Shown here: piece after piece, positions 26,897 to 37,696 of the stretch | Numbering within the stretch: the first letter of the stretch is position 1 | Layout of the letters: each line of letters begins with the position of its first letter | Source of the DNA: an uncultured Actinomycetes bacterium | Lineage (GTDB): Bacteria > Actinomycetota > CADDZG01 > WHSQ01 | Direction: 5' to 3' | NCBI GenBank assembly: GCA_963849115.1 | Contig: CAWKGK010000004.1 | Span: 49,204-113,203 of the forward strand | DNA: 64,000 nt | Translations under genes and position numbers: made by a program | Notes under the pieces: generated by a model | The model's database searches: none | What the model was told of the DNA's origin: nothing | What the model saw: only the letters and a program-made list of their open reading frames with translations

Positions 26897-29060
26897 GACG
26901 ATCCGTCGGCTGGCCTGCTCGAGCATCGCCGCCCTCCTGCTTGCTAGTGCGGCGTCGGCCCCAGCGCACGCCGCTCCCGAGTGCTCCCGTGTCGTCCTGT
27001 TCGCGCTTCCCGGCATCACCTGGGAGGACGTAAGAGGCATCGAGCCCCCCGCCCTCCTCGAGGCGGCGCGTGCCGGCGGTGTGGGTTCGATCTCGGTGCG
27101 AGTTGCGGGACCCAGGACCTCCTACGCCTCGGGTTTCGCCACGATTGGGGCCGGGAGCCGGCTTCGGGGAGACGATGAGCTCGGCCTCGAGATCACCGAG
27201 CCCGCCCGGCCCCCCTTCGTGCGCGCGCGCGTGAGGGGCATACAGAAGATGCGGGAACGGGCGGAGCGCGACGGCTACGGGGCCGTACCGGGGGCGCTCG
27301 CCGGAGAAATCGGCATCGCGACGGCGGTCGTGGGCGACTCCCGCTTGGTCCTCGTCGGGGGCGAGATTCCCTTCGCACAGTGGGCGCTGCTCAGCGCGAT
27401 GGATGAGTCGGGAACAGTGGAGCTCGCTGCATTCGGCCCTGGTTTCCTCGAAGAGGACCAAGAAGCAGCCCCGTTATTCGGCGTCCGTACGAATGCCCAG
27501 AGGGCCGCGCGCGCGCTGGAGAACGCCCTCGCTCGGCCCTGTGGGCTCACGATCGTGGCAGAGGGTGATCTGATCCGTGCCGACCAGTGGTCGCTTGCCT
27601 TGCCGGAAACCCGGGCGGAATCCGTGCGTTCCGCTCTTCTCGCCTCCGACCGGCTGCTGGCCGTCGCCAGGCACAACCTCGATCGGTCTTCCGATCTGCT
27701 GCTGATAGCCTCGCCGACCTCCCCTGCCGCCGCCGGCGAAGCACATCTCGGTGTGGCGGTTGCCGAAGGCCCCGGCTATCCCGCCGGCTCCACACTCGTG
27801 TCGCCATCCACCCGCAGGGACGGCGTGGTGACGCTGCCGGACCTGGCTCCAACGATCCTCGAACATCTTGGCCTCGACCGGCCGGCAGGCATGACCGGGC
27901 GGCCCTGGTTCGGCGTCGCCGGCGGCGAGCAGCGGATCGCGAGCGCCATAGAGAGCGACCGCGAAGCCGCCTTCGTAGACGCCGTCACCGGGTTCGCGGC
28001 GCGCAGCTTCATCGCCCTCCAGAGCCTCGTCTACCTCGCCGCGGCCGTAGCGGTCCTGCGCGACCGGCGATTGGGACGAGCTCCTGGACTGCTCGTGGGG
28101 GGGGCGCTGGCGGTGGTCGCGTTTCCCTTGGCGACCTATGTGATGGGGCTGCTTTCCGGCCACGCCCTCGGCGGCCTCGCCTTCATGGCGTTGTTGGCGG
28201 TGGTCGATGCGGCCTTGGTCACGGCGGTAACAGTCGCTCTTCGGCACCCCCTGGACCGTCTGCTGGCGCTCACAGCCGCCACCGCGCTGCTATTGATAGT
28301 CGACCTACTAACCGGTGCCCGGCTTCAGATCAACACGATCTTCGGCTACTCACCGATCGTGGGGGGGCGATTTGCAGGCGTCGGCAACATGGCTTTCGCG
28401 GTTCTCGGAGCTTCGGCCCTCGCCGCGGCGGCGCTGTTCGTCCACCGCCTGAACCGCGCCCGCACTGCCTTGATTGGGGCCGCCGTGCTCTTGGGCGTGG
28501 TCATCGTGGTCGACGGAGCTCCCTTGTGGGGGAGCGACGTGGGCGGAGTGATCGCTCTGGTCCCGGCCTTCGGGGTGGGACTGCTGCTGTTGGCGGGGGT
28601 GCGTCCGAGCCTGCGAACGGTGGGTGGCCTTGCCCTTGCGGCCGTGGCCGTGCTGGCCGTCTTCCTCGCCTTCGACCTCGCCCGGCCCGAGGAGTCGCGC
28701 ACACACCTGGCCCGGTTGTACGAGAGCGTCGCAGAACGGGGGCCGGGCGTTCTCGCACAGACCGTCGAGCGCAAGTCCGCCGCCAACCTAAGGCTCTTGA
28801 CGTCCTCGATCTGGGCCCTATCGGTGCCGCCGGCTGCCGCCTGCCTGGCGGTCCTATTGCTGACCCCGCGCACGACATGGGCCGCTCTGCGTGAGCGGAT
28901 GCCGGCCGTCAGTGCGGGACTGTCGGCCGCGCTGCTGTTGGGTGCGCTGGGGTTTGCCGTCAACGACTCCGGCATCGCCATCCCCTCGATGATTCTGGCG
29001 TTCTTCGTCCCCTACGTGCTCATCGCTCGTCTCTATGCGATGGAGGGCCCGGGCCGGTGA
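26886..29060 (+). CDS. large membrane protein, paralog 1: signal peptide, ~330-aa extracytoplasmic alkaline-phosphatase-like domain, ~10 TM helices; family not recognised
   Basis: Overlaps the GT stop by 11 nt. Motifs VVLFALPGITW, PRTSYASGFATIGAG, DLAPTILEHLGLDRPAGMTGRP, GYSPIVGGRFAGVGN and AVNDSGI. Confidence 0.7.
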   Translation: MAARTIRRLACSSIAALLLASAASAPAHAAPECSRVVLFALPGITWEDVRGIEPPALLEAARAGGVGSISVRVAGPRTSYASGFATIGAGSRLRGDDELGLEITEPARPPFVRARVRGIQKMRERAERDGYGAVPGALAGEIGIATAVVGDSRLVLVGGEIPFAQWALLSAMDESGTVELAAFGPGFLEEDQEAAPLFGVRTNAQRAARALENALARPCGLTIVAEGDLIRADQWSLALPETRAESVRSALLASDRLLAVARHNLDRSSDLLLIASPTSPAAAGEAHLGVAVAEGPGYPAGSTLVSPSTRRDGVVTLPDLAPTILEHLGLDRPAGMTGRPWFGVAGGEQRIASAIESDREAAFVDAVTGFAARSFIALQSLVYLAAAVAVLRDRRLGRAPGLLVGGALAVVAFPLATYVMGLLSGHALGGLAFMALLAVVDAALVTAVTVALRHPLDRLLALTAATALLLIVDLLTGARLQINTIFGYSPIVGGRFAGVGNMAFAVLGASALAAAALFVHRLNRARTALIGAAVLLGVVIVVDGAPLWGSDVGGVIALVPAFGVGLLLLAGVRPSLRTVGGLALAAVAVLAVFLAFDLARPEESRTHLARLYESVAERGPGVLAQTVERKSAANLRLLTSSIWALSVPPAAACLAVLLLTPRTTWAALRERMPAVSAGLSAALLLGALGFAVNDSGIAIPSMILAFFVPYVLIARLYAMEGPGR

Positions 29061-31021
29061 GGGCGGTGGCTCTGTGTTGCGGGTGTGCCCTCCTTCTGTT
29101 GGTCCCCACGCCGGCCGCCGCTCAGCCGCGCTGTGCCCGGACGGTGGTATTCACCCTGCCGGGAGTCACCTGGGGCCTGGCGGAGACGGAGCGCCCTCCG
29201 GAGCTGCTGGAGGCAATGTCTCAGGGAGCTGCAGGCTCCATGTCGGTGCGCACCACCGAAGACCGGCCGACATTCGGCTCGGCCTTCACCACGATCGGTG
29301 CCGGGACGCGCGCCGACGGCGACGGGGTGGTCAAGGCGCCTCTGCGATCGGGCCCGCCGGTGCAGCGCGGCCTCCGGATCCCGCAGATCGAGGAGTTGAA
29401 GCGGCTCGCTCGAGCCGCCGGCTACGGTGCCCACCCGGGCGCGCTGGGCGAAGCTCTCTCCGGCCACGGCCCGGTAGCGGCGGTTGGCAACGGGGACCTC
29501 TTTTTCTCCTCGCCGACAAGCCCGCCGGAGCGTTATCAGCGATGGGTGGCGCTGGCGGCAATGGACGAGGCCGGGATCATCGACCGGGCGGCCCTGGGCA
29601 CCCCTCTGGTGATGGATGCCTCGGCGCCGGGTGGCGTGCGCACCAACCCCGTAGACGTGGCGCTGATTGCGGAAGAGGTCCTGATCCACCCCTGTGCCAC
29701 TGCGATCATCGACCACGGCGACCTCATGCGGGCCGAGGTAACGGGACGAGGTCGTGCCCACGCGCTGAGGGCTGCGGACGACCTCCTCGGAGCCGTGCGC
29801 AACCTGCTCGACGAGGATAGAGACCTGTTGTTGATTGTCTCGCCGACCTCCCCTGCGGGCGCTTCCAGCCCTCACCTCGGAGTGGTCGTGGCGGTAGGCC
29901 CCGGCTTTCCCGCCGGAACCTGGGTGACTTCTGCCTCGACCCGGATGCCGGGGATCGTGAGACTGGAGGACGTTGCGCCCACCGTGCTCGCAAGCCGCGG
30001 GATCGAGCGCCCCATCTCCATGCTCGGCCGTCCGTTCCAGCCCGAGGAGGGAGTCACCGATCGCCTCGAAGCGGCGGCGGCGCTGGATCGAGAGTCGGTG
30101 TTCGCCTACGAGAGCCGGCCGGCTCTGGTGTCGGGGTACATAGTCGCCCAGGTTCTCCTTTACGCGGCCGCGGCATGGTCGCTGAGGCCCGGGCGCAAGC
30201 CGGGACGCAGAGGGGGCCGGGCACTCGAGGCCGGAGTGCTGGCGGCGGCGCTCTTTCCCCTCGCCACCTACCTCGTCACCCCCCTGGATGCGCATTTCCT
30301 GGGGATGGGCGGGATGGTGGCGGCGCTCGTAGCCATCGATATGGCATTGGTCGTAATCCTGTTCGTGCTGCCCTTGACACCTCTTGATCGCCTGTTGACG
30401 GGAGGGCTGGCCTTCCTCGCGCTGATTGCGGCCGACTTGTCCCTGGGCGGCTCACTGCAGCTCAACGCGTTGTTCGGCAACCATCCACTGGTGGGAGGAC
30501 GTTTCGCCGGCCTCGGCAATACCGGCTTCGCTCTGTTCGCGGCCGCCGCCCTGGTCTGCGGTGGTCTCATCGTGCAGCGCAGGACTTCGATGGCTGCGGG
30601 GCGGAGGTGGGGGGGCCCGGGAGTTGCGGCGGCGCTGTTCGCCGCGGCCGTGGTGGTCGACGGTGCCCCCCAGCTGGGCGCCGACGTCGGAGGAGTCATG
30701 GCCCTGGCCCCGGCCGCCGGCCTCACCTATGTTCTGCTCACCGGCCGCCGCCCCGGCCCCCGTTTGATCGCGGCAATCGTGGCGGGCACCGTGGCGGTCC
30801 TGGCGCTGTTCGCGTGGGTCGACCTCGTCCGGCCCGCGGGCGAGCGCACCCACCTCGGCCGCCTTCTCGAGGCGGCGACCGAGCGCGGTGCCGAGCCGGT
30901 CGTCGACGCCGCGGCCAGAAAGTTAGCCAGCAACCTCGAGATCTTCCGGCTATCGCCGTGGAGCTGGGTGGCTCCGATCGTTATCGCCGCGGTCGTACTC
31001 CTCGTAGCTGCGCTGGCGTGA
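29057..31021 (+). CDS. large membrane protein, paralog 2 (tandem duplicate of 26886..29060), C-terminally truncated by an apparent frameshift
   Basis: GTGA overlap with paralog 1. Shares VVFTLPGVTW, TIGAG, DVAPTVLASRGIERP, GNHPLVGGRFAGLGN and VVDGAPQLGADVGGV. Confidence 0.7.
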   Translation: MRAVALCCGCALLLLVPTPAAAQPRCARTVVFTLPGVTWGLAETERPPELLEAMSQGAAGSMSVRTTEDRPTFGSAFTTIGAGTRADGDGVVKAPLRSGPPVQRGLRIPQIEELKRLARAAGYGAHPGALGEALSGHGPVAAVGNGDLFFSSPTSPPERYQRWVALAAMDEAGIIDRAALGTPLVMDASAPGGVRTNPVDVALIAEEVLIHPCATAIIDHGDLMRAEVTGRGRAHALRAADDLLGAVRNLLDEDRDLLLIVSPTSPAGASSPHLGVVVAVGPGFPAGTWVTSASTRMPGIVRLEDVAPTVLASRGIERPISMLGRPFQPEEGVTDRLEAAAALDRESVFAYESRPALVSGYIVAQVLLYAAAAWSLRPGRKPGRRGGRALEAGVLAAALFPLATYLVTPLDAHFLGMGGMVAALVAIDMALVVILFVLPLTPLDRLLTGGLAFLALIAADLSLGGSLQLNALFGNHPLVGGRFAGLGNTGFALFAAAALVCGGLIVQRRTSMAAGRRWGGPGVAAALFAAAVVVDGAPQLGADVGGVMALAPAAGLTYVLLTGRRPGPRLIAAIVAGTVAVLALFAWVDLVRPAGERTHLGRLLEAATERGAEPVVDAAARKLASNLEIFRLSPWSWVAPIVIAAVVLLVAALA

Positions 31022-31034
31022 GCTGGCAGATGCC

Positions 31035-31190
31035 ATGCCGAGCCTGCGGTCGGCGCTGCTCGGGGCGCTGGTGCTGGGGGCGCTGGGCGCGGCCGTCAAC
31101 GACTCCGGCATCGTGGTGCCGGCCCTGGTCCTGGTCTGGGTCCTGTCACCGGTCGCGCTCGCCGCTCTCGATCTCAACCGTCGAGAGTGA
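31035..31190 (+). other. out-of-frame remnant of the paralog 2 C-terminus (52 codons)
   Basis: MPSLRSALLGALVLGALGAAVNDSGIVVPALVL aligns with the paralog 1 C-terminus MPAVSAGLSAALLLGALGFAVNDSGIAIPSMIL. It lies in frame +1 relative to 29057..31021. Confidence 0.6.
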
Positions 31191-31238
31191 GGGTTGATGG
31201 AGTCACGCAGCAGCCATGAATGACCACTCGCCAGACTG

Positions 31239-32093
31239 GTGAGCCCCGCACGCCTGGTTGTGCTCGGTATCTCATTCGGGGCGCTGTCGGGCGCTCTGGT
31301 GGCCATCGCCCTGATACGCCACCCGCCGTCGGGCACCGAGCGAACCAACGTCCGCGGACTCCTCGTCCCGGCGGTGCTGGGTGGTCCTCTGGTGCTGGCC
31401 GGGGTCGGCCTAGCGCTGTCGGTGGGCTCACTCGCTCTGTCGTCCCGCATCGGCGGCTCGGTGGGGGGCCTGTGTGTAGCGCTCGGAGCGGCAGGCTTTC
31501 TCGACGACGTGCGCGGGGACCGAGGGGCGAGGGGATTCTGGGGGCATTTGAGGGCCGCCGGGGCGGGGCATGTGACGACGGGTCTCGTGAAGCTGCTGAT
31601 CGGTGGTGCCGGCGGATTGGCGGTGGGCGTGGCGGTGGCCGATTCGTGGCAGGTGCTCACCACCGCGCTGCTCGTGGCCCTCTCCGCGAACCTCTTCAAC
31701 CTCTTGGACGTGGCCCCAGGGCGGGCGGGGAAGGTGGGCCTGGTGCTGTGGATCCCGCTTCTGGTGTGGGGCTCCGAGGGGTGGGCGGTATCGTCCGCGG
31801 GCATGCTCGGAGCCCTGCTTGTGTGCCTGCCCTTGGACCTCAGGGAGCGCGCCATGCTCGGCGACGCCGGGGCCAACCCGCTCGGGGCGGTCCTGGGCTT
31901 GGGGCTTGCACTTGCGCTGCCGCCGTGGATCGCGGCAACCGCGACGGTGTTGCTGCTGGGTTTGAACCTCAGCTCCGAGCGGTGGTCCTTCTCTACCGTC
32001 ATCGAGCGAGTGGGCCCTCTCAGAGCCCTCGACCACCTCGGCCGGGTCCATCCTCCACCTCCCTCTCCACAGGATGACGCCTCCGCTCAGTAG
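31239..32093 (+). CDS. short MraY/WecA-family polyprenyl-phosphate sugar-phosphate transferase-like membrane protein
   Basis: Polytopic, 284 aa. NLFNLLDVAPGRAGK (divergent NxxNxxDGxDG region) and LGDAGANPLGAVLG (GDxGSxxLG-like). Confidence 0.6.
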   Translation: MSPARLVVLGISFGALSGALVAIALIRHPPSGTERTNVRGLLVPAVLGGPLVLAGVGLALSVGSLALSSRIGGSVGGLCVALGAAGFLDDVRGDRGARGFWGHLRAAGAGHVTTGLVKLLIGGAGGLAVGVAVADSWQVLTTALLVALSANLFNLLDVAPGRAGKVGLVLWIPLLVWGSEGWAVSSAGMLGALLVCLPLDLRERAMLGDAGANPLGAVLGLGLALALPPWIAATATVLLLGLNLSSERWSFSTVIERVGPLRALDHLGRVHPPPPSPQDDASAQ

Positions 32094-32109
32094 CTCCGTG
32101 CTACGGTGA

Positions 32110-33846
<1,737 letters not shown>

Positions 33847-34031
33847 GGGCCCGGCGCCGGCGTATCCAGGCGTTTCGATGTGAACGGAAAGGTGCCGGGC
33901 TGCGTCTGATCTAGCAGATGAAGATCCTGTTGTGGTAGAAGCGGGCGGCCAGAAGCGAGGTCAGGGATACGGGAACCGCTCTATGGATCGACATCCCTGC
34001 GTACAGGAGAGGCTCGATCATCTATTCAACG

Positions 34032-34304
34032 ATGCTCACCCCAGACACCGATCCGGATCTCACACAGTCCTCAACCGAAAAGAAGATCGGGCGCCGCGGA
34101 AGCTACACCGTCTACTACCAGCGAGGAAATTTTGCGTGGGAGAGCTACAAGGCGTCCAACCGGAAATGGCAGCTTTCGCTACTGGCCTATCCGGGCGCCG
34201 GCAGCGATACCGTGACGTGGCCGCGGGGGATCATCGACTGGCTCAGCAATGCAGTCGACCGAGCCGAGCAGTCACCACCCCAGTGCCGAGGATATTTCCC
34301 TTAG
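34032..34304 (+). CDS. hypothetical small protein (90 aa)
   Basis: Trp/Tyr-rich and not Arg-rich. My hand count gives GC3 of about 72% (65/90 codons) in a visibly lower-GC spacer. No convincing RBS. Confidence 0.4.
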   Translation: MLTPDTDPDLTQSSTEKKIGRRGSYTVYYQRGNFAWESYKASNRKWQLSLLAYPGAGSDTVTWPRGIIDWLSNAVDRAEQSPPQCRGYFP

Positions 34305-34349
34305 TGCCGATTCCAGACGCTAGACTCCTCCGATGGATAAACCTCTGCC

Positions 34350-35462
34350 GTGAAGGTCGGAATCCCGGCTGAGCTGAAAGACAACGAGTACCGCGTCGCC
34401 ATCACGCCGGCAGGTGTGCGCGAGCTGGTCGTACAGGGCCACGACGTACTGATCGAGCACGATGCCGGACGCGGCTCGAGCATTCCCGATTCGGATTTCG
34501 AGCGGGCCGGCGCCCGGATCGCCCCCGACGCTGATGTCATCTTCGCCGAAGCGGAGATGGTATTGAAAGTCAAGGAGCCCGTTCCCGAAGAGTTTCATCG
34601 CCTGCGAGACGGTCTCATCCTGTTCACCTACCTTCACCTCGCCGCGGACGCCAAGGTGACCCACGCGCTGCTCGAATCGGGGACAACTGCGGTGGCTTAC
34701 GAGACGGTCGAGCATTCAGACGGCTCTCTGCCTCTGCTCGCACCGATGAGTGAAGTAGCAGGTCGTATGGCCCCGCAGGTTGGAGCGACCCTGCTCGAGC
34801 GTGAGCACGGGGGCCGCGGCGTCTTACTGGGTGGAGTGTCGGGGGTGAGGCCCGCACGCGTGGTGGTAATCGGCGCAGGCATGGCGGGAATGAACGCCGC
34901 CTGGATCGCGCAAGGCATGGAGGCTGAGGTCATCGTCTTGGACACCAACATCAACAAGCTGCGCGACATCGACCGCATCCATCAGGGAAAAATCCTCACG
35001 CTCGCCTCCAACCGGCTGGCGGTCGAAGAGGTCTGCGTGGAAGCCGACCTCGTCATCGGCGCTGTACTCGTCCCCGGAGCCCGCGCACCGAAGATCGTGA
35101 CGAAAGAGATCATCTCGAACATGAAGCCGGGCTCGATCGTGGTCGACATCGCCGTGGATCAGGGCGGCTGTTTCGAAACCTCGAGGATGACGACACATTC
35201 GGATCCGACTTACATCGTCGACGATGTCGTTCACTACTGCGTGGGCAACATGCCGGGGGCCGTGCCGCACACCTCTACCTACGCGCTCACGAACGCCACG
35301 CTGCCTTATGTCGTCGCGCTGGCCGAGCAGGGACTCGAGCAAGCGGTTCGCAGCGACGGCTGTCTTGCAAAGGGTGTGAACGTACACAACAGGAACTTGA
35401 CGAGCGCCCCAGTGGCAGAGGCTCACGGACTCGAGCATGCCTCCCTCTCTGAACTTCTCTGA
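34350..35462 (+). CDS. ald: alanine dehydrogenase
   Basis: (M)KVGIPAELKDNEYRVAITPAGVRELV and VIGAGMAGMNAA Rossmann motif. Confidence 0.95.
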   Translation: MKVGIPAELKDNEYRVAITPAGVRELVVQGHDVLIEHDAGRGSSIPDSDFERAGARIAPDADVIFAEAEMVLKVKEPVPEEFHRLRDGLILFTYLHLAADAKVTHALLESGTTAVAYETVEHSDGSLPLLAPMSEVAGRMAPQVGATLLEREHGGRGVLLGGVSGVRPARVVVIGAGMAGMNAAWIAQGMEAEVIVLDTNINKLRDIDRIHQGKILTLASNRLAVEEVCVEADLVIGAVLVPGARAPKIVTKEIISNMKPGSIVVDIAVDQGGCFETSRMTTHSDPTYIVDDVVHYCVGNMPGAVPHTSTYALTNATLPYVVALAEQGLEQAVRSDGCLAKGVNVHNRNLTSAPVAEAHGLEHASLSELL

Positions 35463-36390
35463 AGAGCGAGCTGCATTCGACGCAGAGGTCGAGGAGTTCT
35501 TCACCCACCTTCGAACGGAGAAGGGCTTGGCCGCAAACACCGTAGCGGCCTATCGGCGCGACCTGAACGCGTGGCGCCGTCACTGTGCGCACCACGGCGT
35601 AGAGCCCCTGACGGCTTCTGCCAACGACGTCACCCGCTACCTGGAGAGTCTTCGCTCGGGAGCCCCCCCAGCGCCGCAACCCTATTCGCCGGCATCGGTC
35701 GCTCGCATGATCGTTTCCCTGCGCCGGCTCTATCGCTTCCTGGCTCGCGAAGCGCGCATTCCTGTCGATCCCACTGCGAAGCTGGTTCCCCCGCGCCGCC
35801 CTCGGCACCTGCCGAAAGCGATCGGCGTGGAGGAAGTCGCTCGTCTTCTGGAGATCCCGCCAAGCGATCTTCTGGGTCGCCGCGACCGCGCCGTTCTCGA
35901 AACCCTCTACGGAGCGGGACTCCGCATATCGGAGCTCACCGCTCTGGATGTCGACGACCTGGACCTCGACGAGGGCATGCTTCTGATCCGCTCCGCCAAG
36001 GGTGGCAAGGGGAGAAGGCTGCCCCTCGGGAGCAAGTCGCGCGCGTCGCTCGACAGCTACATGGTGTTGTCCCGGCCGGAGCTTGCCCGACTCTCCAAAT
36101 CCTTCGCACCGGCGTTGTTCCTCAACGGACGAGGCGGCCGTCTGGGCCGCCAAGGCTGCTGGAAGATGATCACCGCGCACGCGCGGCGGGCGGGTCTCGA
36201 GAGCTCCCTCTCACCGCATACTCTGCGACACTCCTTCGCCACGCATCTACTCGATGCAGGTGCAGACGTGCGCGTCGTGCAGGAGCTACTGGGACATTCG
36301 AGCCTCACCAGCACGCAGATCTATACGCTGGTTTCCGACACCCGCCTGCGGGAGGTTTACTTGACCTCGCATCCCCGGGCCCGCGCCTGA
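35437..36390 (+). CDS. xerD: site-specific tyrosine recombinase XerD
   Basis: Core-binding domain (FFTHLRTEKGLAANTVAAYRRDL) and catalytic R...HxLRHSFATHLL...Y. Syntenic position near pyrG. Confidence 0.85.
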   Translation: MPPSLNFSEERAAFDAEVEEFFTHLRTEKGLAANTVAAYRRDLNAWRRHCAHHGVEPLTASANDVTRYLESLRSGAPPAPQPYSPASVARMIVSLRRLYRFLAREARIPVDPTAKLVPPRRPRHLPKAIGVEEVARLLEIPPSDLLGRRDRAVLETLYGAGLRISELTALDVDDLDLDEGMLLIRSAKGGKGRRLPLGSKSRASLDSYMVLSRPELARLSKSFAPALFLNGRGGRLGRQGCWKMITAHARRAGLESSLSPHTLRHSFATHLLDAGADVRVVQELLGHSSLTSTQIYTLVSDTRLREVYLTSHPRARA

Positions 36391-36463
36391 TCCGTCCGCC
36401 GGAGCCATCCTCGAGCCGGTCGTAAAGAACATATAGAGCTCTGACAACAACGCTCGGCAGGGT

Positions 36464-37654
36464 CTATCCGACGGCGGCCTCAGCAAAGGATTCGCCCGTC
36501 GGTGGGGCCGGCACTCCGAGCAACTCGGCGACGCTGGCACCACAGTCGGCGAACGTGGAGCGCACTCCGAGGTCGGCACCCTGGCTGACACGGGGGCCGG
36601 CGACCAGGACCGGCACCTGCTCGCGTGAATGATCGGTGCTCGGAGTGGTGGGGTCGTTGCCGTGGTCGGCGGTCACGATCAACACGTCGTCCTCTCCCAG
36701 CGCCGAGGTGATATCCGGGAGCCGGGCATCGAAGCTCTCGAGCGCCCGGGCATAGCCTGCGGGGTCGTTGCGATGCCCGAAGGACTGGTCGAAGTCAACG
36801 AGGTTCGTGAATACGAGGCCGCGCGAGATGGCGCCGAGCTCTGCGATCGTGGCCTCGATGCCTTCGTCGTTGGACGCAGTCGGCACAGACGACGTCACCC
36901 CTCGGCCGGCGAAGATGTCGGCGATCTTGCCGACTCCACGCATTTCCAGGCCCTCACTCGAGATGTTATCGAGAACTGTGGGGGAGGGCGGCTCAACTGC
37001 GAAGTCGTGACGGTCGGGAGTGCGCACGAAGTTTCCGGGCTCTCCAGTGAAGGGCCGGGCGATCACCCTGCCCACCTCGTGGGGGCCCGTGAGGATGGCG
37101 CGCGCCCGTTCGCACATCTCAAACAGCCTGGCGAGCGGAACGACGTCTGTATGAGCCGCTATTTGAAAGACGCTGTCCCCTGAGGTGTAGACGATCGGTT
37201 TGCCGGTGGCCATGTGCTCGGCTCCGAGCTCGTCGATGATCACGGTGCCGGACGCCGGGTAGTTGCCGAGCGTTGACGCCCCGATGGAGGAGTGAAAGGC
37301 GTCCATCACCTCGTCTGGGAACCCCTCGGGGTAGAGAGGAAAGGCGTGTTCGAGAATGACGCCCATCAGCTCCCAGTGCCCGGTCGTTGTGTCCTTTCCC
37401 GGTGAGAGCTCGGTCATGATGCCGAACGCTCCCTGGGCCGCCTCCATGGCGTCGACTCCGGCCGCAGTCGCCACGTTGCCGAGTCCGAGCTTCGCCAAAT
37501 TGGGGAGACGAAGACCTCCGACCGAGTCGGCGACGTTCTGCAGCGTCGCGCTGCCCACATCTCCGAACTCATCTGCATCGGGCGCCCCCCCGATTCCCAC
37601 CGAGTCGAGCACCACCACCGCTACGGCGCGCAGAGGTCTAGACGTTAGGTTCAC
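36464..37654 (-). CDS. deoB: phosphopentomutase
   Basis: VVLDSVGIGGAPDA metal-binding N-terminus, and TADHGNDPT. Confidence 0.9.
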   Translation of the reverse strand: MNLTSRPLRAVAVVVLDSVGIGGAPDADEFGDVGSATLQNVADSVGGLRLPNLAKLGLGNVATAAGVDAMEAAQGAFGIMTELSPGKDTTTGHWELMGVILEHAFPLYPEGFPDEVMDAFHSSIGASTLGNYPASGTVIIDELGAEHMATGKPIVYTSGDSVFQIAAHTDVVPLARLFEMCERARAILTGPHEVGRVIARPFTGEPGNFVRTPDRHDFAVEPPSPTVLDNISSEGLEMRGVGKIADIFAGRGVTSSVPTASNDEGIEATIAELGAISRGLVFTNLVDFDQSFGHRNDPAGYARALESFDARLPDITSALGEDDVLIVTADHGNDPTTPSTDHSREQVPVLVAGPRVSQGADLGVRSTFADCGASVAELLGVPAPPTGESFAEAAVG

Positions 37655-37696
37655 AGTTTGATCACACGGCCGACTGGTTCGGCCATCGGAGGGAGT

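Noticed and set aside
33932-34372. 146-aa ORF in the pyrG-ald spacer
   Set aside because: It is Arg-rich and overlaps both the more protein-like 34032..34304 frame and the ald start. I treat it as non-coding.
35437-36390. Tyrosine recombinase as an integrase of a mobile element
   Set aside because: It has the XerD-type sequence and sits in the conserved pyrG...xerD chromosomal context. There is no adjacent tRNA, direct repeats, excisionase or cargo genes.
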